From NCBI GenBank assembly GCA_041750555.1, contig JBGSZB010000011.1:588-64587 (forward strand): 64,000 nucleotides of DNA. Direction: 5' to 3'. This document shows, one piece after another, positions 28,054-38,367 of this stretch. Below the pieces are notes generated by a model, which was not told where the DNA came from, did no database searches, and saw only the letters and a list, made by a program, of their open reading frames with translations. Made by a program: the position numbers and the translations under genes. The stretch is from Candidatus Dojkabacteria bacterium (GTDB lineage Bacteria; Patescibacteriota; Dojkabacteria; J137). Position 1 is the first letter of the stretch. Every line of letters begins with the position of its first letter.

Positions 28054-28632
28054 CTAATCTTTAAAATATCCTACATAGAAGAAATCTATATGTGATTTAA
28101 TAGCAGCTCTCCTATCAAATGTACTATCCCCTATAAATAAATAGTCAATTAATTCATAATTACTATTCTTTATTAATTTAAATCCATCTATTTCAGGTTT
28201 GGATAATAATGTTTTACCTCTATCAATAATATCTTTAAAATATTTAAATACCTCATACTTTGTAAGTAATGGTTCTACAGTCTCTCTCATATTTAATGTC
28301 CATAAATATATTTCATACTCATTATGGTGTTCTTTAATAAATCTAATTAACTCCATATTAGTTTCATATCCTTCTAAATGTTCTTTTTCAAATCCCCTTG
28401 TTATATCTTCTACCTGTTTTTTAAATTCAATTCCTACTTTTCTAGTTACTCTGTTAATATTATCTACCATAGTAAGACTGGGTTTAATATGCATACCATA
28501 ACTCTCTATTAATTTAGTAATCTGGGATTCCCATATCTCCCATGGAAGATTTAATTGTATTAAGGTTTGATCAAAATCAAATATTAATACCTTTTTAGGA
28601 TTGTATTTTAAATATTCTTCAAGTAATACCAT
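28054..28632 (-). CDS. HAD-superfamily hydrolase
   Basis: IFDFDQTL, LWT, SKP, FIGDSTFD. Confidence 0.88.
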   Translation of the reverse strand: MVLLEEYLKYNPKKVLIFDFDQTLIQLNLPWEIWESQITKLIESYGMHIKPSLTMVDNINRVTRKVGIEFKKQVEDITRGFEKEHLEGYETNMELIRFIKEHHNEYEIYLWTLNMRETVEPLLTKYEVFKYFKDIIDRGKTLLSKPEIDGFKLIKNSNYELIDYLFIGDSTFDRRAAIKSHIDFFYVGYFKD

Positions 28633-28688
28633 AATTAAAGTATATCAAATATTTATTGAATATATATATCGGGGTATAATTAAAAATT

Positions 28689-28770
28689 GCTGATGTGGCG
28701 GAATTGGTATACGCGCTAGCTTGAGGTGTTAGTCCCGTAAGGGGTGCAGGTTCGAGTCCTGTCATCAGCA
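28689..28770 (+). tRNA. tRNA-Leu(GAG)
   Basis: GCTGATG/CATCAGC acceptor stem, CTAGC-TT GAG GT-GTTAG anticodon arm, long variable arm, GGTTCGAGTCC; CCA not encoded. Confidence 0.96.
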
Positions 28771-28779
28771 AAAATCAGA

Positions 28780-30009
28780 TTAATAATATATTGAAGAATT
28801 CTTTAGGGTAATATGCAGTTCAATTAGTCCTGGGACCCACTTTCCATCCTCTAATATCCAACATAAGTCAAATTGCAATTCACAGATATCTCCTATAATT
28901 TTATTCGCAGAAGTAAGACTAGATGCATAATGATGAAAGCCATCGGCTAAAGATTCATTTAATTGGCTCCAAAATTCTTCTTTCATTTCTGGTGTAAAAT
29001 TATTTATTCTAAAAAACTCATCAAACATCTTATCAGCATCTATAGTGTAACCCTTTTCAGGATCTGCTAAATACGTTAAGTTACCAAAATAAGATGATCC
29101 ACCAACTTTAGTATACAGATTTTGTATTCTAGATATCTCTGGTACTTGTAGGTTACCTTCTATTACATGTCTAGTTTCAAAAGTATGACCGTCCAAATAA
29201 AAAATATTTTCAAATCTCTTTTCTATCATCCCAGGATCAATAGACAATCCTTTTGCTTTTTGTGCTGGTCCACTATAGTCAAAGTCTAAAAAATGAATTG
29301 AGGATATGGCACTTAATAAAAATATCTCTTCAAGTGCTCCTCTAGCTAGCGCAATAGGAATCCTATATTTTTCTACATTCGTGTTTTCATCCTTTGTTTT
29401 TGACAAGGTATAAGGTTCATCAATATCTAAATCTCCAGTTGAGGATCTGTCTCTAAAGAATTTGATTAAGGGAGGTAAATGTCTTGGATTATCTACATAA
29501 TTATTTATCATAGTTAACACCAAGTCTTGACCATCTCTTTCTAAGAAAAAGATTCCAATTCCAAGAGCACTATATGCTGGTTTAAACACTAAGGGTAATT
29601 CTATCCGACTATCTAATATTTTTTCAACAATAACTTTAATATCTAAGGCTTCTTGCTCTATTGTTTCATATAAACTTAATTTATTATTAACTGAGAAATC
29701 GTCTAAATCCTCTGGAAGTCTTTGCGACTCTTGGGATCTTTGTAAATAATCTAAATATCTTCTAAAGGTACTATCTTCATATCCTATAGGGTAAAAATAT
29801 TGTGGTTGTCTAAATGGCCCCCCTTTCATTATATGACGCCCTACATATTTATTACTTAAAAATTCATTTACAGACCTTCTTAAGTCAACTAAGTTAATTT
29901 CCCTCCTCCAATCAACAACCCTTATTCCCCTATAAATACGAATACTTTCTGCAGTATCTCTTCTAATAACAGGTAGTGTAGCTTCTAAGATATTTTTTGG
30001 CTGATTCAT
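28780..30009 (-). CDS. Hypothetical protein with ATP-grasp-like motifs
   Basis: PLVFKPAYSALGIGIFF, MIEK...ETR, FDL...DGKW...IELH. Confidence 0.5.
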   Translation of the reverse strand: MNQPKNILEATLPVIRRDTAESIRIYRGIRVVDWRREINLVDLRRSVNEFLSNKYVGRHIMKGGPFRQPQYFYPIGYEDSTFRRYLDYLQRSQESQRLPEDLDDFSVNNKLSLYETIEQEALDIKVIVEKILDSRIELPLVFKPAYSALGIGIFFLERDGQDLVLTMINNYVDNPRHLPPLIKFFRDRSSTGDLDIDEPYTLSKTKDENTNVEKYRIPIALARGALEEIFLLSAISSIHFLDFDYSGPAQKAKGLSIDPGMIEKRFENIFYLDGHTFETRHVIEGNLQVPEISRIQNLYTKVGGSSYFGNLTYLADPEKGYTIDADKMFDEFFRINNFTPEMKEEFWSQLNESLADGFHHYASSLTSANKIIGDICELQFDLCWILEDGKWVPGLIELHITLKNSSIYY

Positions 30010-30173
30010 ATATAACCTTTACTACTTTATTTTATAACTATTATTTACCAATATCCAATAAAACTAAGATTTTATTAAATAGTATTTACAAGAACCTGAT
30101 TATTGAGATACCAGTTTAGAATTATTTAAGATAAAACTGTTGTAATACTTTCAACCTATTTCATTTGATGACT

Positions 30174-31307
30174 TTATCTCTCATCCTTATAACTCCCTAC
30201 AGCCTCCATTATACTTGTATAACCATCTCTCTTTAAAAGATCCACTAATCCTTTATTAATCTCTCCAATTAACTGTGGACCTTCATATATCATTCCTGTA
30301 ATTAATTCAATTAATGTTGAACCTCTTTTAATCTTTTCATAAGCATCTTCTGCATTAAATATACCACCAACACCTTTAATAATTAATTTATCACCATATT
30401 CACTATACGTTTTAGAGATAAGGGAATTACTTAAATTAACTGTTGGTTTACCACTAATACCACCCTTAATGTTTTTAGGAATATTATCTTTAATTAAAGA
30501 ATCAGAATAATCTTTATTTAAATTACCAATAGTAACTCCACTAATATATTTAAACTCTACAATAACATTTAATAATTTTTTAAAATCACTCCATTCTAAA
30601 TTAATAGGCATTTTAATAAATACAGGTTTATTAATCTTTAATGAATTAATCTTAAGTAATAATTTTTTTAATTTAATAGGAGTAGTAAATGGTTCACCTC
30701 CAAAAGTATTAGGACAAGAGATATTAATTTCATAAAAATCCCCTGTATTGTTATTTAGTAATTCTAAAAAACATAAATAGTAATCATTTATTCCATTAAA
30801 TTCTGATTTAGTTCTCTCACAATTAGTTTTAGCAATTGATATACAAACTGGGAAATCATTAACAACACCTTTTGATTTTAAAATTTTAGGAATAATATTT
30901 TTAACACCAATATTTTTTAAACCATAATATACAACTAATGCCTTTGATTTTTTAAGTCTATATAGCCTTGGGTTTGGGTTACCAATGTAACTCTCATAAG
31001 TAATTGACCCTATTGTTCCAAAACCAAACCCAACGGAGGGCAATATATTAATTAAATTAGCATCTTTATCAAACCCTGCACTAAGTCCTACAGGATTTTT
31101 AAACTTTATACCATTAATACAAAGACTCAAAATATCATTATTGTATGAAAATATAATAGAAGTTAATTTTCTAAATAATTTGTACTTACCTAAAGTTTTA
31201 CCAAAGTCCGTAATAAAGTCATGAATAACCTCTGGGTCAAATAGAAAGAAAATATGTTTTAAAAAGTTTTTGTAAAAAAATTTAATAATAGTTCTATGCA
31301 TATACAT
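30174..31307 (-). CDS. pyrD: Quinone-dependent dihydroorotate dehydrogenase (class 2)
   Basis: DPE..H, FKNPVGLSAGFDK, GNPNPRLYRL, NISCPN, GGISGKP, GVGGI, IYEGP. Confidence 0.93.
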   Translation of the reverse strand: MYMHRTIIKFFYKNFLKHIFFLFDPEVIHDFITDFGKTLGKYKLFRKLTSIIFSYNNDILSLCINGIKFKNPVGLSAGFDKDANLINILPSVGFGFGTIGSITYESYIGNPNPRLYRLKKSKALVVYYGLKNIGVKNIIPKILKSKGVVNDFPVCISIAKTNCERTKSEFNGINDYYLCFLELLNNNTGDFYEINISCPNTFGGEPFTTPIKLKKLLLKINSLKINKPVFIKMPINLEWSDFKKLLNVIVEFKYISGVTIGNLNKDYSDSLIKDNIPKNIKGGISGKPTVNLSNSLISKTYSEYGDKLIIKGVGGIFNAEDAYEKIKRGSTLIELITGMIYEGPQLIGEINKGLVDLLKRDGYTSIMEAVGSYKDER

Positions 31308-31361
31308 TTTAAAAGTATTTAATTCTACTCCCTGTTTTTAAATTTTGAAATATATATGCGT

Positions 31362-33044
31362 TTAAACCAGTTCAGTTGGACTTATAGCTAATTCTACTTC
31401 ACCTGTTTTATCTGCCATACCCTCTAATGGAATAGTAAAGTAAAATGTTGATCCTTTATTCTCCTCACTCTCAAACCACATTCTACCGTGATATGTATTA
31501 ACAATAAGTTTAACAACATATAAGCCTAAACCTGTACCATTAATTTTTTTATCAGCTACATTTTTAGCTCTAAAGTTTTTAGAAAATACTTTATCTTGTT
31601 GATCCTTAGGAATACCAAAACCTGAGTCTTTAACTGAGATTATTATGTTTTTATCATCTTTAGTGTAATCAACAATAATTGGTGCGTTTTCAGGAGAATA
31701 TTTAATAGCATTTGTAATTAAATTGGTAAGAATAAGTCTAATTAAACTTGGATCAATATGTAAATTTAAATAATCACTTTTATTAAATTGTATTCTACTT
31801 ACATCAATTTTATATGATTGTGCAGCATCTGAAATAACATCTTTAATTAAATTATTTAATTCAATATCTTTAGTACTTACATATAATCTTCCAAATTCCA
31901 TTCTAGTAATATTTAATAAGCTGTCTACATATGCAATTAAACTTTTATTTGAAGCGATTACTGTATCCATAGTAACTTTACCTTCACTACTTAATTTATC
32001 ATATACTTCATCTTTAATTAATTCTAAATTCCAACTAATACTAGTCATTGGTGTTTTTAATTGATGAGCAGTAACTGATACAAAATCAGTTTTCATTTGA
32101 TCACTTTTTTTAGCTAATGTAATATCTTCTTCTGTACCAATAAACCCTATTAAATCCTTTTTACTATCAAATATTGGAGATATAACGCTTCTTGCAGTAT
32201 ATAACTCACCATTCTTTCTTTTGTTAACTAACTCTCCTTTAAAAACCTCTTTTTTTTCTTTAATAATATGCCACATCTCCTGATAAAACTCTTTAGGCAT
32301 TTGGCCTCCCCAAAGACTAGGATTTTTACCTAAAACTTCTTGTTGAGTATATCCTGTAATTCTAGTAACAGAGGGATTAGCAAAAATAATTTTACCATCT
32401 AAATCAGTAATAACTATATGGTTAAATGAACTTAGTACTGCGAGTTTAAATACATCTGAATTAGCTAAATCTATTAAACTTTTTACTTTGTATACTAAAC
32501 CTTTATTAGTTTCAATAACATTATCTAACCTCTTTTTATTAACATCACTTAGGTTTTGATATGCCTCATTTTTTATCTCTTCTAAATCTTTAGTATTTAA
32601 TGTAATAGGAGTTTCAACTTCTTTAGCAGTATGTGTTAAAAAATCACTTGTGCTGCTTCCTGCAGCTTTAGCTAAGGTAACATCTTCTTCTGTACTTAAA
32701 AACCCTATTAAAGTGCCATTAGAATCAATTAAAGGAGTAATTACTACCCTCGCATTATATATCTCACCATTCTTTCTTTTATTTATTAATTCACCTTTAA
32801 ATACTTGTCTTTTATTTTTAATTGTATCCCATAAATTTAAGTAATATTCAGAGGGCATCTGTCTTCCCCAAAGTCTTGGTGTTTGTCCAATCATTTCTTC
32901 CTTAGAATACCCTGTAATTCTCTCTGCAGATGGATTTGCAAATACAATTTTGCCATCTAGATCAGTAATTACTACATGGTTAAAAATATCGTTAACAGCT
33001 ATTTGAAATATTGAAGGATTTATATTACTACTAGAGAGATTCAT
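31362..33044 (-). CDS. Cytoplasmic PAS-PAS sensor histidine kinase
   Basis: Two PAS domains, TAHQLKTP H-box, NLITNAIKYS, DSGFGIP, GTGLGL; no TM. Confidence 0.93.
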   Translation of the reverse strand: MNLSSSNINPSIFQIAVNDIFNHVVITDLDGKIVFANPSAERITGYSKEEMIGQTPRLWGRQMPSEYYLNLWDTIKNKRQVFKGELINKRKNGEIYNARVVITPLIDSNGTLIGFLSTEEDVTLAKAAGSSTSDFLTHTAKEVETPITLNTKDLEEIKNEAYQNLSDVNKKRLDNVIETNKGLVYKVKSLIDLANSDVFKLAVLSSFNHIVITDLDGKIIFANPSVTRITGYTQQEVLGKNPSLWGGQMPKEFYQEMWHIIKEKKEVFKGELVNKRKNGELYTARSVISPIFDSKKDLIGFIGTEEDITLAKKSDQMKTDFVSVTAHQLKTPMTSISWNLELIKDEVYDKLSSEGKVTMDTVIASNKSLIAYVDSLLNITRMEFGRLYVSTKDIELNNLIKDVISDAAQSYKIDVSRIQFNKSDYLNLHIDPSLIRLILTNLITNAIKYSPENAPIIVDYTKDDKNIIISVKDSGFGIPKDQQDKVFSKNFRAKNVADKKINGTGLGLYVVKLIVNTYHGRMWFESEENKGSTFYFTIPLEGMADKTGEVELAISPTELV

Positions 33045-33181
33045 ATTATATTATTAAAAATACAACTTTATTATCACATATCAAAAATTAATTTGGAACT
33101 TAATTTATTAAATTCTTTACTTATGTTTTAACAAAACCTATCATTATTTAAGCACTTTTCTTATCTTTAAAATTTAACTTA

Positions 33182-33757
33182 ATGAAACATAAAGAGAATT
33201 TAGATACTGTTTTAGTTGCATTAATATCAAGTATTTATGTAACTTTTTGTTACGTTAAATACGTTATTTTACTTCCTTCAACTATATATACTTTAATATT
33301 TTTTGTACTAATTACATTTTTAGGATTAGTTTTAATATATTTATCGTATAAAGATATATACTCCATGGAAGTACCATCTCATTTACTATACATTCTATTA
33401 GGTGTATTTGTAGCTATAAATATATTATTACTTCCCTTCGATTTTAGTTTAACTTTTGGTAATTTATACTTTTTCCCAATTAACAATCTATTTATAGGAT
33501 TAATTTGTGGAGGTATTGCTCTATTAATATATCTATTAACTAAAAGAAAAGGTTTAGGAGAAGCTGACATCTATTTATTCACATTAATGGGATTAGTGTT
33601 AGGTAGTAATAAAACAATATTAGGTTTCTATTTAACACTAATTTCAGCAAGTATTTACTCAATATATATATTAATTAAAATTAAAAAGTTTAAAGAAGTT
33701 AAAATACCCCTAATTCCATTTATCACTTATGGAATACTAGCTAGTTTAATACTTTAA
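33182..33757 (+). CDS. Prepilin peptidase (A24 family)
   Basis: KDIYSMEVP and GLGEADI catalytic Asp motifs, IPLIPFI; adjacent to the pilin cluster. Confidence 0.85.
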   Translation: MKHKENLDTVLVALISSIYVTFCYVKYVILLPSTIYTLIFFVLITFLGLVLIYLSYKDIYSMEVPSHLLYILLGVFVAINILLLPFDFSLTFGNLYFFPINNLFIGLICGGIALLIYLLTKRKGLGEADIYLFTLMGLVLGSNKTILGFYLTLISASIYSIYILIKIKKFKEVKIPLIPFITYGILASLIL

Positions 33758-33848
33758 TACCTTCATCCAATACAAAACGTTAGAAGATTATAGTAATCTT
33801 TACCGATTTTGAGATATTAAAGAGTAATTAATTAATCTTAAGAATAAC

Positions 33849-33874
33849 AAATCCCCCAATTGCTTGGGGGATTT
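33849..33874. terminator. Intrinsic terminator, likely bidirectional, between the prepilin peptidase and the major pilin
   Basis: AAATCCCCCAA-TTGC-TTGGGGGATTT, perfect 11-bp stem. Confidence 0.85.
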
Positions 33875-33897
33875 TAAGTCTAATTAAAATAATGAAC

Positions 33898-34356
33898 TTA
33901 TCTTTTAACAGATATTGTTGCACTATTCTCAGCATCTGGAGATGCTACTGTTACTCTTCCATTAGATTCTGAACAAATAGTATAACCTGTATCTAATGCA
34001 GTTCCAGTTGAAGGATCTTGAGGAATTCCAACAATATATTCAGGTACCAAGTCCGTTGCTAAATTTAAATTACCTACATCTGTTCCAATAGCTGTAACTG
34101 TTGGACAAGTTGAAATTGTTCCTAAATCTCCTAATGTATTTCCATCTTCAGATGTAAATTGAGTTACAGCATTTAATATTTGTAATACATCAGAACTTCT
34201 TTGAGTATTTCTAGCATCAGCAAAGTTTTTAGCAGGATTAATTGCAATAAAAGTAATTGCAGCTAAGACAGCAATAAGACCAACTACCACTAATACCTCA
34301 ATAAGAGTGAATCCCTTCTTAACTTGATCCATAATTTTTTTTATAATATTTAACAT
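33898..34356 (-). CDS. Type IV pilin, probable major subunit
   Basis: KKG|FTLIEVLVVV, ARNTQR.SD, PQDP; last gene before a strong terminator. Confidence 0.9.
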   Translation of the reverse strand: MLNIIKKIMDQVKKGFTLIEVLVVVGLIAVLAAITFIAINPAKNFADARNTQRSSDVLQILNAVTQFTSEDGNTLGDLGTISTCPTVTAIGTDVGNLNLATDLVPEYIVGIPQDPSTGTALDTGYTICSESNGRVTVASPDAENSATISVKR

Positions 34357-34394
34357 TTTTATTAAATCATAATTTATAAAAGATTAAAAGTTTT

Positions 34395-34814
34395 TTATAC
34401 TTCATTCCAACTTTGAATTACCATATCTGGATTTATTGTTTGAATCGTTATATCTATTCTAAAGTAATATCCTTCTTTATCTGAACTTACTTGAAATGAT
34501 CTATTAGTATTCCCACTTCCACTAATTGTTCCAATGACACAATCTCCAAAACTTAAATTTCTTGTTTCATTACCAATATATGTATCACTAATCTTTAATT
34601 CATTTAGAGCTATCTCTGCACAACTTTCTGCTAATGCTTTTGATTGTTTACCTTTTTCAATTGAAGATATTGCAACTATATTTTCAATATTAATAGATAA
34701 TGAACTATATACTACTAATAATCCTACAACTGAGATAATTATTACACTTACTAATGTAACAAAACCTCTCTTTTGTTTGTTATTTAATTTTTTATCTAAA
34801 GTATGCACTTCCAT
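34395..34814 (-). CDS. Minor pilin, PilX-like
   Basis: KRG|FVTLVS lacking Glu5; A..LAESC.E.AL. Confidence 0.75.
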   Translation of the reverse strand: MEVHTLDKKLNNKQKRGFVTLVSVIIISVVGLLVVYSSLSINIENIVAISSIEKGKQSKALAESCAEIALNELKISDTYIGNETRNLSFGDCVIGTISGSGNTNRSFQVSSDKEGYYFRIDITIQTINPDMVIQSWNEV

Positions 34815-35310
34815 AAAATGTTTTTGAATAATTTAAATCTGATCTATTATCTGGATTAACATGGGTTAGAATAAATTCGTAATGGATTACTTCATTTAAA
34901 CCAGTTGGTGTTAAATTTTTAAAAGTTAAGTTACTAGCTATTACATTACTTGAGGTTAATGATATTGCAGGGTTAGCGCCTTCTGTAATTTGAATAGCTC
35001 CTGAAGTAATATTTACAACTACAGGATTTATTACTCCATTAACAAGAGATAAAGAATTAGCACTATTACCTGCTGTTGGAGAATTAATACTATCACTTGA
35101 TCTGAAATAGTTATTTAAATAATCAACTACAATAGCTCCATTTTGATTAACTTCATTAATTGTTAATGTTTTATTCTGACTCTCTACAATTGCTGTTATA
35201 AAGCCAATAAATGATAATAAAACAACACTTACTAAAGATATATATAGTAGGGATTCAATAAGAGTAAATCCTTTAATTTTCTTTTTTAAACTTATTCTAT
35301 TTTTTATCAT
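34792..35310 (-). CDS. Minor pilin, PilW/GspJ-like
   Basis: KG|FTLIESLLY. Confidence 0.85.
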   Translation of the reverse strand: MIKNRISLKKKIKGFTLIESLLYISLVSVVLLSFIGFITAIVESQNKTLTINEVNQNGAIVVDYLNNYFRSSDSINSPTAGNSANSLSLVNGVINPVVVNITSGAIQITEGANPAISLTSSNVIASNLTFKNLTPTGLNEVIHYEFILTHVNPDNRSDLNYSKTFYGSAYFR

Positions 35311-35320
35311 TTAATTTCTT

Positions 35321-36763
35321 TTATTGTTCATTTATTCTTAAAAATTCAGCTGAGTTACTAGAGAATGCAACATATGATTTATCTCTATCATAGTCATATA
35401 CAACGCCTGATGCAGTTGATGACAAATTCAGTTCTCCTCTTATGGTTAAGTCTGATGGGTCAGAAATATTAATCGTTGTAAATTCTCTTGGACCTGAGTC
35501 AAGAGCCAGGAAAGCAATAGTTCCTGTAGGGTTAATATCTATATCGTTAACATCATCATCAACATCTAGACTATCTAAAAACGTAGGAGAAAGAGGATTT
35601 GTTACATCAATAGAATATATAATTTCATCCTCACAACCTAAGTAAACCGTATTTGAATAATATGCTACAGTTAAACAATTAGAATTCCCTGGCTTGTCAT
35701 ATGATGCTACTTCGTTTGGATTAGCCTTATCACTTACATCATAAACTACCAGTTCCTCTGAATTACTCGAAGTGGAAACATACGCATAATTTCCACTTAC
35801 AACTACTTCATACATTGTTCCCCCAGAATAATTATCTGAACCAATAAATGTTGGTGCAATGTTTGGGTTATTAACTTGAACGATAAAAAATTCATCACCA
35901 CCACCTGCCGAAGATCTTACAAAATATACATAGTTTGAAGAATCAATAAAAACTCCATTTGCATCATGATTACTACTAGCATTGTAAGTAGATGACATAG
36001 TTGGGTTAGATGGACTAGATAAATTAAATATTTGTAGCTCTGAAGAATTACTACTAGATGCAATAGCTCCAAAGTTTCCATTAGGAGATACTGCAATATT
36101 TATTGGTGCAGAAGTTATCGTTTGAGAATTAGTTACACTTAAAGCTCCATCAACATCAATTGTTAAAAAATTAGGAGATCCTCCATTTCTAATAATATAT
36201 GAATAATCATTAATATATGTAATCTTAGTTCCCCCTCCATTATTTAATAAATTAAAACTATCTGCTAGGGTTGGATTTGTCCAATAATCTAAAATTACTG
36301 TTCTTAACCAATTAGTAAAATAACTAGATATTACTACACTATTATTTGCACTAAAAAACGATGGCCAAGTTACAGTTGAAGTAACTAACTTAGTTTCAGA
36401 ATCAACTGTTGAAATATCAACACTTCTAACATACTCTCCATTTAAATCAGATGATCCACTAGTTACCCAATTACTTCCTGCTAAACTTAATCCATAACTA
36501 CCATCTGTTAAGTTTGAATAATCAATATCTCTAATACTTCTAATTGCTTCTAATCCCTCTTCAGCTAAAAATATAGCCCCTGTCCTATAACTACTTAATT
36601 CTGAATTTTGAATAGATACAACTAGTCCTGAAGCTAAACCTAAACTCACTATTCCAAATAGTGAAATTGATAATATTACTTCAACTAAAGAAAATCCTTT
36701 TTTATTTCTTCTTACTTTTTTTAAGTTTAATCCTTTTAGAATTTTTAAAACTTTAATTCTCAT
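35321..36763 (-). CDS. Minor pilin (PilV-like) fused to an LVIVD-repeat beta-propeller
   Basis: KG|FSLVEVIL, AEEGLEAIRSIRD, repeats such as VVVSGNYAYV...LVVYDVSD..P. Confidence 0.82.
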   Translation of the reverse strand: MRIKVLKILKGLNLKKVRRNKKGFSLVEVILSISLFGIVSLGLASGLVVSIQNSELSSYRTGAIFLAEEGLEAIRSIRDIDYSNLTDGSYGLSLAGSNWVTSGSSDLNGEYVRSVDISTVDSETKLVTSTVTWPSFFSANNSVVISSYFTNWLRTVILDYWTNPTLADSFNLLNNGGGTKITYINDYSYIIRNGGSPNFLTIDVDGALSVTNSQTITSAPINIAVSPNGNFGAIASSSNSSELQIFNLSSPSNPTMSSTYNASSNHDANGVFIDSSNYVYFVRSSAGGGDEFFIVQVNNPNIAPTFIGSDNYSGGTMYEVVVSGNYAYVSTSSNSEELVVYDVSDKANPNEVASYDKPGNSNCLTVAYYSNTVYLGCEDEIIYSIDVTNPLSPTFLDSLDVDDDVNDIDINPTGTIAFLALDSGPREFTTINISDPSDLTIRGELNLSSTASGVVYDYDRDKSYVAFSSNSAEFLRINEQ

Positions 36764-36802
36764 TATTTAATATACTTATCTATTAACTCTATAAATTTTC
36801 AA

Positions 36803-37225
36803 TTAATAATCAACAATACCTAATGAATTAATTGTAATAACATCACTATTTACCTCTCCATTAACATTAATAGTTGCACTTGTATTTGGAATACCACTAA
36901 ATTTAACAAAATTAACTTCATTATTACCACTAAAGGATACTCCATCAAAAGAATATACTTGATCAAGAGTTACATCCCTTGATACATAATCATTCCCACT
37001 ATAAATTGTTACACTGTTTCCACTAAGATATACTCCCCAATTAGAATCATTTTTTTGTGATCGAGCCAAAATATTTGCACTTCTAATTGAAGTAATTGTA
37101 AGGGTTGTTGCATTCTCTACTTCAGATCTATATAGAAAGGAATTAAAAAATGGTACTGAGAATCCAGCTATTATGGAAACTAATGCAATTGATAACAATA
37201 CTTCTACTAGTGTAAATCCTTTCAT
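36803..37225 (-). CDS. Minor pilin, FimT/GspH-like
   Basis: MKG|FTLVEVLL; F.KFSG.P...I.INSLG. Confidence 0.83.
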   Translation of the reverse strand: MKGFTLVEVLLSIALVSIIAGFSVPFFNSFLYRSEVENATTLTITSIRSANILARSQKNDSNWGVYLSGNSVTIYSGNDYVSRDVTLDQVYSFDGVSFSGNNEVNFVKFSGIPNTSATINVNGEVNSDVITINSLGIVDY

Positions 37226-37239
37226 ATTTTATTTACTAA

Positions 37240-38367
37240 TTAATTAGTTTGAACAGTTCTACCTCTTGCTGCATCATTTATATTTCCAACTAAATTATAT
37301 ATTGGAAGAATAATAGATAGGGCTACAAATGCTACTCCTAACCATACAATAATTAGTAATATAGGTTCTATTAAAACACTTAAGTTCTTTAAAGTATTCT
37401 CATTTTTTAATTCATAAACCTCCCCTATCTTTGAAAGAGATTTACTTAGTGACCCAGATTTCTCTGAAGAAATTAATAACTGTCTAGAGTAAGGTGGTAA
37501 GACATGCCCTATATATTTATATTTATCAACAATCTGACTAAAGGTATACCCCATTTCTAATTGAGATTTCATAAACTCATAAAAAACTTTATACCTTTTA
37601 TACACAGTTGAAGATATTAATAAATCCATAGCATTTAATAATGGATAACCAGTTTGTAATAGAGAACCTAATAAAAATCCAAATCTAGCTACTTCTACTT
37701 CTGTTAACATTCTTCCTAATAGTGGAATTCTAAACATAATTTCTTGACCAATGTGTTTACTTCTTTTAAATATAAAGAGAAAAAAGTATATAATTCCAAA
37801 AACAATAAAGATTAGTGGAATAACTATACCCCCATATGCATCTAGAAAATCTCCTAAACTAATTAATGCTTTAGTAACCCCTGGTAATTCAATGTTTAAT
37901 CCTTTATACACTGATGTTATTCTAGGTAATACAAAAAGTATCATTGAAAACCCTACAATAAAGATTAGTATTAAAACTAATACAGGATACAGACTAGCTG
38001 ATCTTATCTTGTTTTTAAACTCTCTCTCCTTTTGCATTTGAGATAAAACTATTAATGTATTTTCTTTAAGTTTTCCACTTCTTTCTCCAATTTGAATTAC
38101 AGATAAAAGATGACTAGGTAAAAGGTTTACTCTTTCTATACTTTTCCAAATACTACTTCCATCTTTAATATCTTTTTCTATTGATTCAACTGTATGTTGT
38201 AAACTTTTAGAAGATGATTCTGCTTTTAATACTTGAAGAGATGAAGATATATCTAAATCTGATGAAATAATTAAACCAAAATTCTCAAAAAATATCTCTT
38301 TTTCTTTTTGAGTTAACCTTTGTTTAAATAGAAACTCTAATATTTTATTTCTCTTTTTGATAGCCAT
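37240..38367 (-). CDS. pilC: Type IV pilus platform protein PilC/GspF
   Basis: GERSGKL, IRSASLYP, EKSGSL, LIEP...ILPIY. ATG at 38367 preferred over GTG at 38391. Confidence 0.9.
   Translation of the reverse strand: MAIKKRNKILEFLFKQRLTQKEKEIFFENFGLIISSDLDISSSLQVLKAESSSKSLQHTVESIEKDIKDGSSIWKSIERVNLLPSHLLSVIQIGERSGKLKENTLIVLSQMQKEREFKNKIRSASLYPVLVLILIFIVGFSMILFVLPRITSVYKGLNIELPGVTKALISLGDFLDAYGGIVIPLIFIVFGIIYFFLFIFKRSKHIGQEIMFRIPLLGRMLTEVEVARFGFLLGSLLQTGYPLLNAMDLLISSTVYKRYKVFYEFMKSQLEMGYTFSQIVDKYKYIGHVLPPYSRQLLISSEKSGSLSKSLSKIGEVYELKNENTLKNLSVLIEPILLIIVWLGVAFVALSIILPIYNLVGNINDAARGRTVQTN

Noticed and set aside
32200-33000. LOV photoreceptor domains
   Set aside because: GQTPRLWG and GKNPSLWG lack the GxNCRFLQ cysteine.
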